A DNA stretch of 64,000 nucleotides, from assembly GCA_963845065.1 (NCBI GenBank), contig CAWJQQ010000001.1, positions 704,001 to 768,000 on the forward strand. Reading direction: 5' to 3'. Positions 17,866-27,274 of the stretch are shown in pieces. Made by a program: the position numbers and the translations under genes. This DNA comes from Nitrospirota bacterium (GTDB lineage: Bacteria > Nitrospirota > UBA9217). A model generated the notes under the pieces. The model was given only the letters and a program-made list of their open reading frames with translations, did not search any database and had not been told where the DNA came from. Within the stretch, counting starts at the first letter, position 1, and each line of letters begins with the position of its first letter.

Positions 17866-18449
17866 AGGATATACTTAAGATAACCCTGCCTCTCGTCGTG
17901 ATTTTCATCGTCGCAGGCATCATCATGAGCGTGACCTATAGATATACCTATCCCGTCCGGTTTCAGGCTGAGAAGAAGGAGAAGGAAGAAGCCCTGAAAG
18001 AGATGGCTCCCGATGCGACCGACCCCATTAAACCGGCAGGGACCTGGATCACTAATAATAAGTCCTACGAATATTATCAGGCGACAGCTGGCGGGAATTC
18101 GGTAGCCTACATCGCCGAGACCGCGGGTAAAGGATATTCCAGCTTCATAAAGATGCTCGTTTCACTTAGTCCCGACATGAAAATTAGGGACGTCAATATC
18201 CTGGATATGAATGAAACTCCCGGTCTCGGGGACCAGGTTCTAGAAAAGAGCTTCCTCGACCAGTTTAAGGGCAAGTCACTTTCGCAGATCATCTTGACAA
18301 AAAGCGAGACCAAGGAAAACATCCAAGCCGTATCTGGCGCCACGTATTCGAGCCGCGGCGTGATAAACGGCGTGAAAGACGCAGTGCAGATGCTTGTCGA
18401 TAAGTATGGTGCAGGCATAAAGACTGCGGTGCAGGGGGTGACGAAATGA
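17862..18449 (+). CDS. rnfG: Rnf subunit G
   Basis: N-terminal TM, GY, ETPGLG and SGAT (FMN) motifs. Confidence 0.95.
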   Translation: MKDILKITLPLVVIFIVAGIIMSVTYRYTYPVRFQAEKKEKEEALKEMAPDATDPIKPAGTWITNNKSYEYYQATAGGNSVAYIAETAGKGYSSFIKMLVSLSPDMKIRDVNILDMNETPGLGDQVLEKSFLDQFKGKSLSQIILTKSETKENIQAVSGATYSSRGVINGVKDAVQMLVDKYGAGIKTAVQGVTK

Positions 18450-19075
18450 GCAATAATGCCAGTTTAGGGACGCTGTTCAAAAACGGAATCTTCGGAGAGA
18501 ATCCCGTTTTCAGGCTTGCACTCTCTCTCTGCCCGGCCGTGGCTGTTACAAGTGGCGTGAAAAATGGGTTTCTGATGGGCGTCGCCGTTTTATTCGTCAT
18601 GACCATGACGAACGTGACGGTTTCCCTCCTGCGCAACTTCATTAACCCGAAAGTGCGTATTCCATCCTATGTATTCATTACCGCTACATGGGTTACGGTG
18701 ATCGATCAGGTTATGTCGGCCTACCAAAGGGCGGTCTACAAGGAAATGGGTCTTTATATCATGCTCATCGTCGCCTTCGCAATCATCCTTTCCAGGGCCG
18801 AGATGTTCGCGAGCAAAAACACACTTTTGCCATCCTTTGTTGACGGAGTCGGGATGGGACTCGGATTTCTACTAGCTCTTATGTTGCTTGGTGTTTTCAG
18901 GGAGTTTCTTGGCAAAGGTTCGTTCTGGGGGATCCATCTTCTGCAGTCAAAACCGCTGCTCATCATGATCATGCCGACGGGAGGTTTCTTCGCAATGGGT
19001 CTCATGATGGGTTGGCTCAACTGGATAGATAGGAAGTTTTTCGGCGGCTCGGGACCAATTAGCGGAGGACACTAA
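18446..19075 (+). CDS. rnfE: Rnf subunit E
   Basis: ENPVF.L.LSLCPAVAVT, VRIP and RE.LG motifs. Confidence 0.93.
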   Translation: MSNNASLGTLFKNGIFGENPVFRLALSLCPAVAVTSGVKNGFLMGVAVLFVMTMTNVTVSLLRNFINPKVRIPSYVFITATWVTVIDQVMSAYQRAVYKEMGLYIMLIVAFAIILSRAEMFASKNTLLPSFVDGVGMGLGFLLALMLLGVFREFLGKGSFWGIHLLQSKPLLIMIMPTGGFFAMGLMMGWLNWIDRKFFGGSGPISGGH

Positions 19076-19156
19076 TCAATACGATATGTGAAATACGGGA
19101 CTAAATACCAAAAACCCGCAATTCGCAATCTGAAATGAAGTTATTCGGAGGGTGTC

Positions 19157-19741
19157 ATGTTGCAACATGTTCTAACCATATTTATCGCATCTGCACTCAT
19201 TAACAATTTCGTGTTTTCGCGCTATCTCGGTCTCTGCATTTTCTTCGGCGTTACGAAAAGGATGGAGACGGCTGTGGGAATGAGTTTCACCTTTACAGCC
19301 GTTATGCTGGTCGAGGCGGTACTTAACTGGCTCATCTATAACTATGTGATGATCCCCTATAACCTGGGTTTCCTGAAGATCGTGATCTTCATAGGAACGG
19401 TTGCCGCTTTTGTGCAGGCAGGGGATACTATGATGAAAAAAGTCGCTCCTGCGCTGTATTATAAACTGGGCATATACCTCGCCCTGATAGTGACGAACTG
19501 CATCATCTTGGCGGTTCCCCTTATCAATGCTGATGAAAATTACAGCCTTTTCGAGAGTATGGCTCTCGCCTTGGGATCTGGGCTTGGTTTCAGCCTGGCT
19601 CTCATCATTATGGCGAGTATTCGAGAAAAATTGGAACTTGCCGATGTGCCCAAGTCTTTCCAGGGACTTCCTATCTCGTTCGTTCTGACCGGGTTGATCG
19701 CCCTGGCTTTCCTTGGATTTTCAGGCATGATCACGCTGTAA
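19157..19741 (+). CDS. rnfA: Rnf subunit A
   Basis: NNFVFSRYLGLC, LGIYLALIVTNC and AFLGFSG motifs. Confidence 0.95.
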   Translation: MLQHVLTIFIASALINNFVFSRYLGLCIFFGVTKRMETAVGMSFTFTAVMLVEAVLNWLIYNYVMIPYNLGFLKIVIFIGTVAAFVQAGDTMMKKVAPALYYKLGIYLALIVTNCIILAVPLINADENYSLFESMALALGSGLGFSLALIIMASIREKLELADVPKSFQGLPISFVLTGLIALAFLGFSGMITL

Positions 19742-19840
19742 TAAATACAATGCGGAATGAGATTGCGGAAGACGAATCAAAGCTAACGTATTTTTCAAAT
19801 ATCTCTTGCTTCGAAACTACTATACTGAAGGTACAAGACC

Positions 19841-21001
19841 ATGTATGAACAAATAATGCATATTCTGATGCAGGTCCTCTCCCACACGCTCTTTGTTATC
19901 ACGAACAGGCTTGTGCCACTCGTCGACGCAGGCGTTTCAACTGAGGCAACAGGTATCGTTCCCACATCCACGATTTATGTGACGCTAATTGTACTCGCGG
20001 GGCTTGGAATCGTGTTCGGCGTGGCACTTGCACTTGTGGCTGCCCGCTTCGTGGTGAAAGTCGATGCCAAAGTAGAGCAAGTCCGCGAGACTCTACCCGG
20101 TGCAAACTGCGGAGCCTGCGGGTTCGCAGGCTGCATGGGATACGCCGAGGCGGTCGTGGGCAATCCCGACGTAGCGGTGCACATGTGCGCTCCTGGTAAA
20201 TACGCAGTTGCCGAGAAGATCGCCGAAATCACAGGCAAGAAAGCGGAAAAAGTCGAGCCTAAGATTGCTCGCGTCTTCTGCCAGGGCGGATTGTCGCGCA
20301 GTCAGAGGAAGTATATCTATGCTGGCGTGCAGGACTGCACCGCGGCGGTACTGGCTGCTGGTGGAGATAAATCCTGCGATTACGGATGCCTTGGATTCGG
20401 AACCTGCATGCGAGCCTGTCCTTTTGATGCGATCACGATGAGTGCCGACAATCTACCGATTATAAATCCCCATAAATGTACAGCCTGTGGAAAGTGCGTG
20501 GCCGCCTGCCCTAAGCAAATCATCGAACTCGCCCAAGCCGCTAAGGCTGTGGTCATCAGCTGCTACAGCAGGGACAAGGGCATTGACGTCAAGAAAAAGT
20601 GCCAGGTCGGCTGCATTGCCTGCGGAATCTGCGTCAGAACCTGTCCCGTGGATGCCATCAAGATTGACAATAATCTTGCGCGCATCGACCACAGCAAGTG
20701 CATCGTCTGCGGTCTCTGCGTCAAGAAATGTCCTACGAATGCCATCTTCGATTATATTCCCGTCCGACCAAAAGCATACATCGATCCGGCGAAGTGTCTC
20801 GGCATCGACGTATGTGAGAAAGTCTGCCCGGTTAACGCGATCTCCGGCGATATCCGTTCCGTGCACATCGTCAACCAGGAGAAGTGCATCGGCTGCAGGA
20901 TGTGCGAGGCCCGGTGCCCGAAAAAAGCGATAACCATGGTGGAAGCTGCTTCTGCTGCTATGCAGAAGAAATCAAAAGTAGAGGAACCGGTCGCAGTATA
21001 G
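19841..21001 (+). CDS. rnfB: Rnf subunit B, polyferredoxin type (start uncertain)
   Basis: TM anchor, LPGANCGACGFAGC, and six ferredoxin-type Cys motifs. Confidence 0.95.
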   Translation: MYEQIMHILMQVLSHTLFVITNRLVPLVDAGVSTEATGIVPTSTIYVTLIVLAGLGIVFGVALALVAARFVVKVDAKVEQVRETLPGANCGACGFAGCMGYAEAVVGNPDVAVHMCAPGKYAVAEKIAEITGKKAEKVEPKIARVFCQGGLSRSQRKYIYAGVQDCTAAVLAAGGDKSCDYGCLGFGTCMRACPFDAITMSADNLPIINPHKCTACGKCVAACPKQIIELAQAAKAVVISCYSRDKGIDVKKKCQVGCIACGICVRTCPVDAIKIDNNLARIDHSKCIVCGLCVKKCPTNAIFDYIPVRPKAYIDPAKCLGIDVCEKVCPVNAISGDIRSVHIVNQEKCIGCRMCEARCPKKAITMVEAASAAMQKKSKVEEPVAV

Positions 21002-21028
21002 CAAAATCGTAATGAGCATTATGGAGTG

Positions 21029-21059
21029 AAGGGATGCAAGAAAACGCATCCCTTTTTTT
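21029..21059 (+). terminator. Intrinsic terminator after rnfB
   Basis: aagggatgc-aagaaaac-gcatccctt followed by a T run. Confidence 0.8.
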
Positions 21060-21194
21060 GTGCTTTCAGAATAAACTGTTGTACATCCTTGAAATCTCTT
21101 TGTTACCCCAAGTCGTGTTATAATATTCCTATTCGCCATCGTGAAAGAACATTATCCTGATGCAACAAGCTGATTAATGCCGACATTTTTTTGC

Positions 21195-21223
21195 TTGACA
21201 AAATAGCGCGCATGGGCTAAAAA
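21195..21223 (+). promoter_or_regulatory. Sigma70-type promoter of gcvH
   Basis: TTGACA-17-TAAAAA. Confidence 0.5.
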
Positions 21224-21265
21224 CAGACTCATTCTCTTCACGTTCCAATTTGGAGGTAGGTACCC

Positions 21266-21655
21266 ATGAATCCCGATGATATAAAATATCACAGAGAGCA
21301 TGCCTGGGTTCGGGCTGAAGGAAAGCGGGCAACAATCGGCATTACCGATTATGCCCAGCAGCAGATGGGTGATATTGTATATATCGATCTTCCAGAAACC
21401 GATACGGAAATCGATGCAGACTCTGAGCTTTCCGAAGTTGAGTCTACGAAAGCGACTTCTCCGGTCGTTAGTCCGGTGTCGGGCATGGTGGTGGAGGTGA
21501 ACGAGGACCTCGCCGACTCTCCAGAGATCATAAATGAAGACCCCTATGGAAATGGCTGGCTCGTTGTGCTCGAAATGAGCGATTCTTCCGAGTTGAACGA
21601 CTTGATGAGCAAGTCAGAGTACGAAAAGTTTCTAAAAGAGGAAGAGGGAAAGTAG
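21266..21655 (+). CDS. gcvH: Glycine cleavage H-type lipoyl carrier protein
   Basis: GITDYAQQQMGDIVY, VESTKA (lipoyl lysine) and NEDPYGNGW. Confidence 0.95.
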   Translation: MNPDDIKYHREHAWVRAEGKRATIGITDYAQQQMGDIVYIDLPETDTEIDADSELSEVESTKATSPVVSPVSGMVVEVNEDLADSPEIINEDPYGNGWLVVLEMSDSSELNDLMSKSEYEKFLKEEEGK

Positions 21656-21697
21656 GCTTCGGGAGGAACTGGTCGTCATAGTTATTATCATAAACCG

Positions 21698-21727
21698 AAA
21701 GGGAGAGTAGATACTCTCCCTTTTTTT
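21698..21727 (+). terminator. Intrinsic terminator after gcvH
   Basis: aaagggagagta-ga-tactctcccttt plus a T run. Confidence 0.85.
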
Positions 21728-21974
21728 CGCTTTATGATCATAACCACCTGTTCGTTATACAGCGGAGGATGGATCGGAAATCACTTCAAGATTATTCAGA
21801 GCCCAGATTTTATGGAAACGGCTAGTAAGCGTCTTTTACGATGCAAATCTATTCTGTGATTTTATGAATCGGCCTATTCCACTCTCATCTGCACCTAAAA
21901 TGCCTGTCCAGATTATTTTTGAAAGTGCTACGGTGAAACATATTTTTTAACCATCCTTTCCCAAGGAGCGTGTA

Positions 21975-23375
21975 ATGCCAATAAAAATTACAATCATCGG
22001 TGCTGGGCCGGGAGGCTACGTAGCTGCGGTACGCGCGGCGCAGAAAGGCGCTCAGGTGACGTTGATCGAGTATGCGGAAGTGGGCGGTACCTGTCTGAAC
22101 TGGGGCTGCATTCCCACAAAAACCATCATTGCATCGGCTGAAGCGCTTGAGCATATTCGCCACGGCGCCGATTTCGGAATAGAAGTTCCCGGCGAAATCG
22201 GATACAATCTCGCGAAGGTCCGCGAACGTAAGGATAAGGTGGTATCCACGCAGGTGAAAGGCATCCGGGGCCTACTTAAGAGCTGGGGCGTCACCCTCAT
22301 CCAGGGCCACGGCTCGCTGCTCTCACCCGATGTAGTACGCGTAGTGCAGGAAGACGGAACGACGATGGACCTTAAATCTGATAAAGTCATCATTGCAACA
22401 GGTTCGCGTCCTGCGAAGCTGCCCGGCTTCCCGTTTGATGGTGAGAGCGTCATCACAAGCGATGATGCGGTTCTACTCAAGAGAATCCCGGCAAGGCTGC
22501 TCATTGTCGGCGCAGGAGTAATCGGCTCGGAATTCGCTTTCATCTACCGCGCATTCGGCGCAGATGTGACGATGGTTGAAGTGATGCCGCACGCGATTTC
22601 AACCGAAGACGAGGAATTGTCCGAGCTCTTGGAGCGGGAATTAAAAAAAGCAAAGATCAAGCTTATTACAAATTCTAAAGTCGAAAAAATTGAGAAGGGC
22701 AATAACGGCATTCTTGCGGTGAAACTTTCGAACGGCCAGGACCTCAGCGTTGATATGATACTTGTGTCCATCGGCCGCAGTTTGAACTCAGACGGTCTTC
22801 TCCTCGATGACATCGGTGTGACCAGAGGGAAACGAAGTGAGATCATTGTCGATGAAAAAATGGAGACCAGCATCCCGGGCATATACGCCATCGGTGACGT
22901 AACCAGCAAGATCATGCTCGCTCACGTTGCGTCCCATCAAGGCCTTGTAGCAGTGGAAAACGCACTCGGTGGTAATGAGAGTATGGATTACTCTGTGGTC
23001 CCTTCGTGTATTTTTACCGTGCCCGAGATCGGCAGTGTCGGCATCCGGGAGAAAACCGCCGTGGAGAAGGGCATGAAATATCGAGTGGGGCGGTTTCAGT
23101 ACCGTACGCTTGGCAAAGCTCACGCAATGGGAGAAATCACGGGTATGATCAAGATCCTCGCTGACGAATCCACCGACAAGGTGCTGGGCGTTCACATCTG
23201 CGGTGCTCATGCTACGGACATGATCCACGAAGGTGCGCTTGCCATAAAGATGAGCGCAACTGCAGCTCAACTTGGGCACATGATCCACGCGCACCCCACA
23301 CTCGCAGAGGGTATCATGGAGGCGGCGGAGGACGTTCACTGCATGGCGATTCATGCACCGAAATCGGAAAAGTAA
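21975..23375 (+). CDS. lpdA: Dihydrolipoamide dehydrogenase
   Basis: GAGPGGY, GGTCLNWGCIPTK redox disulfide, GAGVIG and HPTLAE. Confidence 0.95.
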   Translation: MPIKITIIGAGPGGYVAAVRAAQKGAQVTLIEYAEVGGTCLNWGCIPTKTIIASAEALEHIRHGADFGIEVPGEIGYNLAKVRERKDKVVSTQVKGIRGLLKSWGVTLIQGHGSLLSPDVVRVVQEDGTTMDLKSDKVIIATGSRPAKLPGFPFDGESVITSDDAVLLKRIPARLLIVGAGVIGSEFAFIYRAFGADVTMVEVMPHAISTEDEELSELLERELKKAKIKLITNSKVEKIEKGNNGILAVKLSNGQDLSVDMILVSIGRSLNSDGLLLDDIGVTRGKRSEIIVDEKMETSIPGIYAIGDVTSKIMLAHVASHQGLVAVENALGGNESMDYSVVPSCIFTVPEIGSVGIREKTAVEKGMKYRVGRFQYRTLGKAHAMGEITGMIKILADESTDKVLGVHICGAHATDMIHEGALAIKMSATAAQLGHMIHAHPTLAEGIMEAAEDVHCMAIHAPKSEK

Positions 23376-23393
23376 GAATCTTATTTAACTTAT

Positions 23394-24652
23394 CGCCGTA
23401 AATCCCCCTTCCGCAAGGCAGGGGATGAAAGGCGATATTTTTGACAAAATTTGATCCACGTGCTTTCTTTTACAGTATTGCCATGCTGAAAATAAAAACT
23501 TATAAATACTGCCTCTAACCCACGAAAAAACAGACATTGATTCTCGCTCAAACCCTTGATGCCTGTCGGATACTCTATAATTCATGTATCGTAGACAGAA
23601 AAAACGCTTTTAAAAAGACCGGCAAAGGGCTTACCAGGATACGATAGGAGGAGATCCTTAAGAGCGACAAAACCAGAATAAATTCCGTTGATAGCATCCA
23701 CTCAAGTCCTGCAGAATGTTTTGTTCCGCGTTGACCGGTCCTTTCAGAATTTCCTTCGCAGGGTTAAGGCAAGTCCGGGAAAGCCGGTTACCCGAGGCTT
23801 AAGGGTATAGGACAGTACGACTTTATCCATTATTCACAGGCTCCAGGGGTTCCAGTTAACGCCGCAGGGTCTTAAACTTTTCAAGATAGGAACCATCAAG
23901 GCAAAGCTTCACCGCCCTATCGTTGGAGATATCAAAACCTATACGGTCAAAAGAGAACACGACAAATGGTATGCCTGCTTCGGCGTTGAGTATGCGCCAA
24001 TTCCCAGACCTGTATCTGATAAGGCCGTCGGGATAGACGTAGGCATCTATAACTTCGCTGTCCTTTCTACGGGTGAAGCGATAGAAAACCCCAGGCACCA
24101 GCGAACTGCGGAGAAAAAACTCAAGAAGAAGCAACGCGGGCATTCCGCGAAGAAAAAAGGATCTAAAAAGAGGGGAAAATCTCGCGTCGTAATTGCGGAA
24201 GGTCCGCAACCAACATGCCGATTTTCATCATAAGACCTCCCGTAACCTCGTAGATACCTATGGACACATAGTAGCCGAAGACCTGAACATAAAAGGTATG
24301 GTAAAGAACCATTACCTTGCCAAATCAATATCAGATGCTGGATGGGGACATTTTCTCAATTATCTTGCATACAAAGCGGAAGAAGCTGGGTGCAAGTTTG
24401 AGAAAGTCACTCCTCACAACACAAGCATCATTTGCAGCTGTTGTGGAAAACGAGTCCCCAAAACGTTTGCCGAAAGGGTGCATAGTTGCCCTTTCTGTAA
24501 GACCGTTTTGGAAGTGACCATAACGCTGCAATAAATATTCTGAGAAAGTCTACGGCAGGAACTGCCGAAATTAACGCTTGGGGAGAGGCGGTGCTCAATA
24601 CCCCTCAACGAACCAAGAAGCCTCGTCCCCTCGTAAGGGCGAGTTAGTTCAC
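23394..24652 (+). mobile_element. IS605/IS1341-type element carrying only tnpB, with both ends recognisable
   Basis: Left hairpin cgccgtaaatcccccttccgcaaggcaggggatgaaaggcg. The 3' end ggcaggaactgccgaaattaacgcttggggaga...aaccaagaagcc...gttagttcac resembles an omega-RNA region. Confidence 0.8.
23483..24548 (+). pseudogene. tnpB: TnpB RNA-guided nuclease pseudogene with several frameshifts and stops
   Basis: Fragments MLKIKTYKY, VGIDVGI (RuvC-I), VAEDLNIKGM (RuvC-II), CSCCG..CPFC zinc finger and DHNAAINIL (RuvC-III) lie in different frames. Confidence 0.88.
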
Positions 24653-24811
24653 GCTTCTATTTGCCATTTTTCAACCATTCGCAGAGAAGAGGTGGAGCTA
24701 TATATGTACTCATTCACTCCGCGCCAGGCAAAGGAAGTCGCATTCCCGATACGATATTGGAAATTGAAACGCGAAGCCGTAGATTTATCGTTTTTGCGAA
24801 GGAGCGTCCGC

Positions 24812-25636
24812 GTGAATAAGTTGCACGCCATTGGACTATATGGAAGATCCATTGCGATGATCCTGATCCTGTTTTATGCACTTAACACAGTCATCCCCGA
24901 AGCATTTGCCGGTGAGATGAGCGTTTATCTTAGGGTCGATGATTATACTTGGAGCGAATACCAAAATGGCGTTCGCCTTCTGCGTGAGTCAGGAATTCTT
25001 ACCGGCCCAGGTTTCTCATATTGGACGGAGTTTTCGAATCATATCACTTTGAAACCCCTCGCCGAGCTCTTTGTGGGCAATATGAATTATGACGGGACAA
25101 CTCAGGAGGGGAATCCAGTAAAAACCAAGGTTATGTATGTAGGCGCGAATATTCAGTGCGATGCTGGCAGAAAGTTCGGCATTGGTGAAAAATCCTTTAT
25201 TGAGCCGTTTGGAGGGATAGGGATCCGTTCTTGGTCAAGAGACCTGCATGATAGCACGACATCGTCCGGTACCTTCGCATCAGGATACACGGAAAAATGG
25301 ACAACCTCATACACCCGGTTAGGCGTACGAGGCGAGGTACCGGTTTCCGAAGAGTCACGGCTCTTCGCTGAGGGAGGAGTGAATCTTCCGATTTACAATG
25401 AAAACAGAGTGTATTTGAATAGCGGAAATAACAGCCCTGACTTTACCTTGTATCCCGGCCTTCAGTCATCATGGTTCTGCGAGGCAGGTATTACGATGTA
25501 TCATTTCAAGGCATCAGTGTTCTATGACGGCTTGCGGTTCGCACAATCCCACAATGTGAACACCTCGATCGGTTCTGCTTACCAGCCGAGTTCTTCTGCC
25601 GACTTGCTGGGAGTGAAACTCGGGGCCTCTTTTTAA
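24812..25636 (+). CDS. Predicted outer-membrane beta-barrel protein
   Basis: GTG start after AGGAG, signal peptide ending EAFA, alternating amphipathic strands, and C-terminal GVKLGASF. The ORF-track start at 24578 lies inside the IS end. Confidence 0.7.
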   Translation: MNKLHAIGLYGRSIAMILILFYALNTVIPEAFAGEMSVYLRVDDYTWSEYQNGVRLLRESGILTGPGFSYWTEFSNHITLKPLAELFVGNMNYDGTTQEGNPVKTKVMYVGANIQCDAGRKFGIGEKSFIEPFGGIGIRSWSRDLHDSTTSSGTFASGYTEKWTTSYTRLGVRGEVPVSEESRLFAEGGVNLPIYNENRVYLNSGNNSPDFTLYPGLQSSWFCEAGITMYHFKASVFYDGLRFAQSHNVNTSIGSAYQPSSSADLLGVKLGASF

Positions 25637-27012
25637 TCAACCTCGTGAAGCTTCCCGAAAGGCTTCAGGATAATCTCGGAAAGAGCGGGATGAATGTGTA
25701 TCCCTTTTGCAACAGTCCAGAGGTTGCCGTCGGCCGCCATGGCGTTCACGACCTCCTGAATCAGGACAGACGCTTGGGAACCGATGATGTGGTAGCCCAG
25801 GATCTTGCCTGATTTTCTGTGTACAATGGCTTTTGCAAAACCCTCAGTCTCCATCATGGCTTCACCGCGCGCTACTTCGCTGTACATCCCTTTCCCAACA
25901 AGAAGATCCGCTTTACCCATGAGTTTGACGGCCTGTTCTTCCGTCAATCCCACTGACGCAATCTCAGGCCAGGAGAAAACAGCATGTGGAACCGCCAGGT
26001 AATTCATTCGAGATTTTTTGCCATGGATGGCGTTTTGCCATGCGAGCTCAGCCTCATTATTAGCGGTATGGCGAAACATTTTTTTCCCGATGGCGTCTCC
26101 AAAGGACCAGATGTTCTTTTTCGAGGTTTCCAGAAAATCGTCAACAATTATATATCCATGCTCATTCGTTTTAACGCCCGTGCTTCCGACCATGAGGACA
26201 TCGGCGTTCGATTTTCTTCCCGCAGCGATCAGAACGTGCTGCGCAATGATCTCCGTTTGTTTGCCGTTTCTTAGTTCTTTCACCATAACGGTGGTCACCT
26301 TTCCCGTCTGCCGGACCTCGATTGCTTCGGTATTGGTATGAATCGTTATACGGCGGGAAAGGGCCTTCCTGAGCGTTTCTGATACTTCCGGCTCTTCTTC
26401 AGGAACGAGACGTTTATTTCGCTGGATGATCGTGATTTTAGTTCCAACAGCTTCGAAGAAGTGGGCAAACTCTGCAGCAATGTATCCCCCTCCGATGATA
26501 ACCATGCTTTCGGGTTTTTCTGTGAGCCGTAGTGCTGTTTCATTCGTTAGGTATTCGATCTCTTCGATGCCTTTGATCGGCGGTATGAGCGGTCGAGCCC
26601 CGGAAACGAGAAAAATCGTTCTGCCTCTGATAGTCTTGTCGTTCACCTCGAGTGTGTAGTCACCGGTGAAGTGTGCTTCGCCGAAATAAAAATCGATATC
26701 ATTGGATTTCTCCAAAGCTGCCTGAATGTGATCATGGCTTTTCTGAACAGTTTTGCGCATCCTTTCCATGATGGCGCTGAAGTCAATCCCTTGTATATCT
26801 GCAGCGATGCCGAGTTTTTTGGATTCACGAATTTCCATAATGCGATCAGCGGGATAAACGATCATCTTCGTTGGGATGCAACCGACGTTGAGGCAGGTCC
26901 CGCCTACGGGGCCTTTGTCAGCCAGGGCGACGGTTTTCTTGTGTGAAAGAGCGTCCTCTATAAGGTTGGCCCCGCTGCCTGACCCGATTATAACGACATC
27001 ATATTCTTTCAT
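25633..27012 (-). CDS. Second pyridine nucleotide-disulfide oxidoreductase (Lpd/mycothione-reductase-like)
   Basis: GSGSG, GGTCLNVGCIPTK, GGGYIAAE and HIHPALSE. RBS GAGG precedes ATG 27012. Confidence 0.88.
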   Translation of the reverse strand: MKEYDVVIIGSGSGANLIEDALSHKKTVALADKGPVGGTCLNVGCIPTKMIVYPADRIMEIRESKKLGIAADIQGIDFSAIMERMRKTVQKSHDHIQAALEKSNDIDFYFGEAHFTGDYTLEVNDKTIRGRTIFLVSGARPLIPPIKGIEEIEYLTNETALRLTEKPESMVIIGGGYIAAEFAHFFEAVGTKITIIQRNKRLVPEEEPEVSETLRKALSRRITIHTNTEAIEVRQTGKVTTVMVKELRNGKQTEIIAQHVLIAAGRKSNADVLMVGSTGVKTNEHGYIIVDDFLETSKKNIWSFGDAIGKKMFRHTANNEAELAWQNAIHGKKSRMNYLAVPHAVFSWPEIASVGLTEEQAVKLMGKADLLVGKGMYSEVARGEAMMETEGFAKAIVHRKSGKILGYHIIGSQASVLIQEVVNAMAADGNLWTVAKGIHIHPALSEIILKPFGKLHEVD

Positions 27013-27274
27013 GGAACACCTCTTAAAGAATTGTATCATTTTTTCTGGAAGAGTCAATTTAGGTATCAATTTTAGCTTTACTTAACGAATAAAAGTCATT
27101 AGGTTATTCAAAACAGAAATACGTCATGGTGTATAGGTAATTTTGCTTAAATTTTATTCAGTTGTTGTGGTATACTTACTACACTCAAAAAGGCGAGAAT
27201 GCTTAGGTGCGTTAAAATATGGACACCCCAAGGTGCATGAGACCCGAAAGTATTTGCTCATTTTACAACTCGAT

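Noticed and set aside
21060..21265. Glycine riboswitch upstream of gcvH
   Set aside because: The conserved GGAGA...GAAG...CTCTCAGG elements are absent.
24578..24811. N-terminal extension of the beta-barrel ORF
   Set aside because: It overlaps the IS right end. The RBS and signal peptide support the start at 24812.
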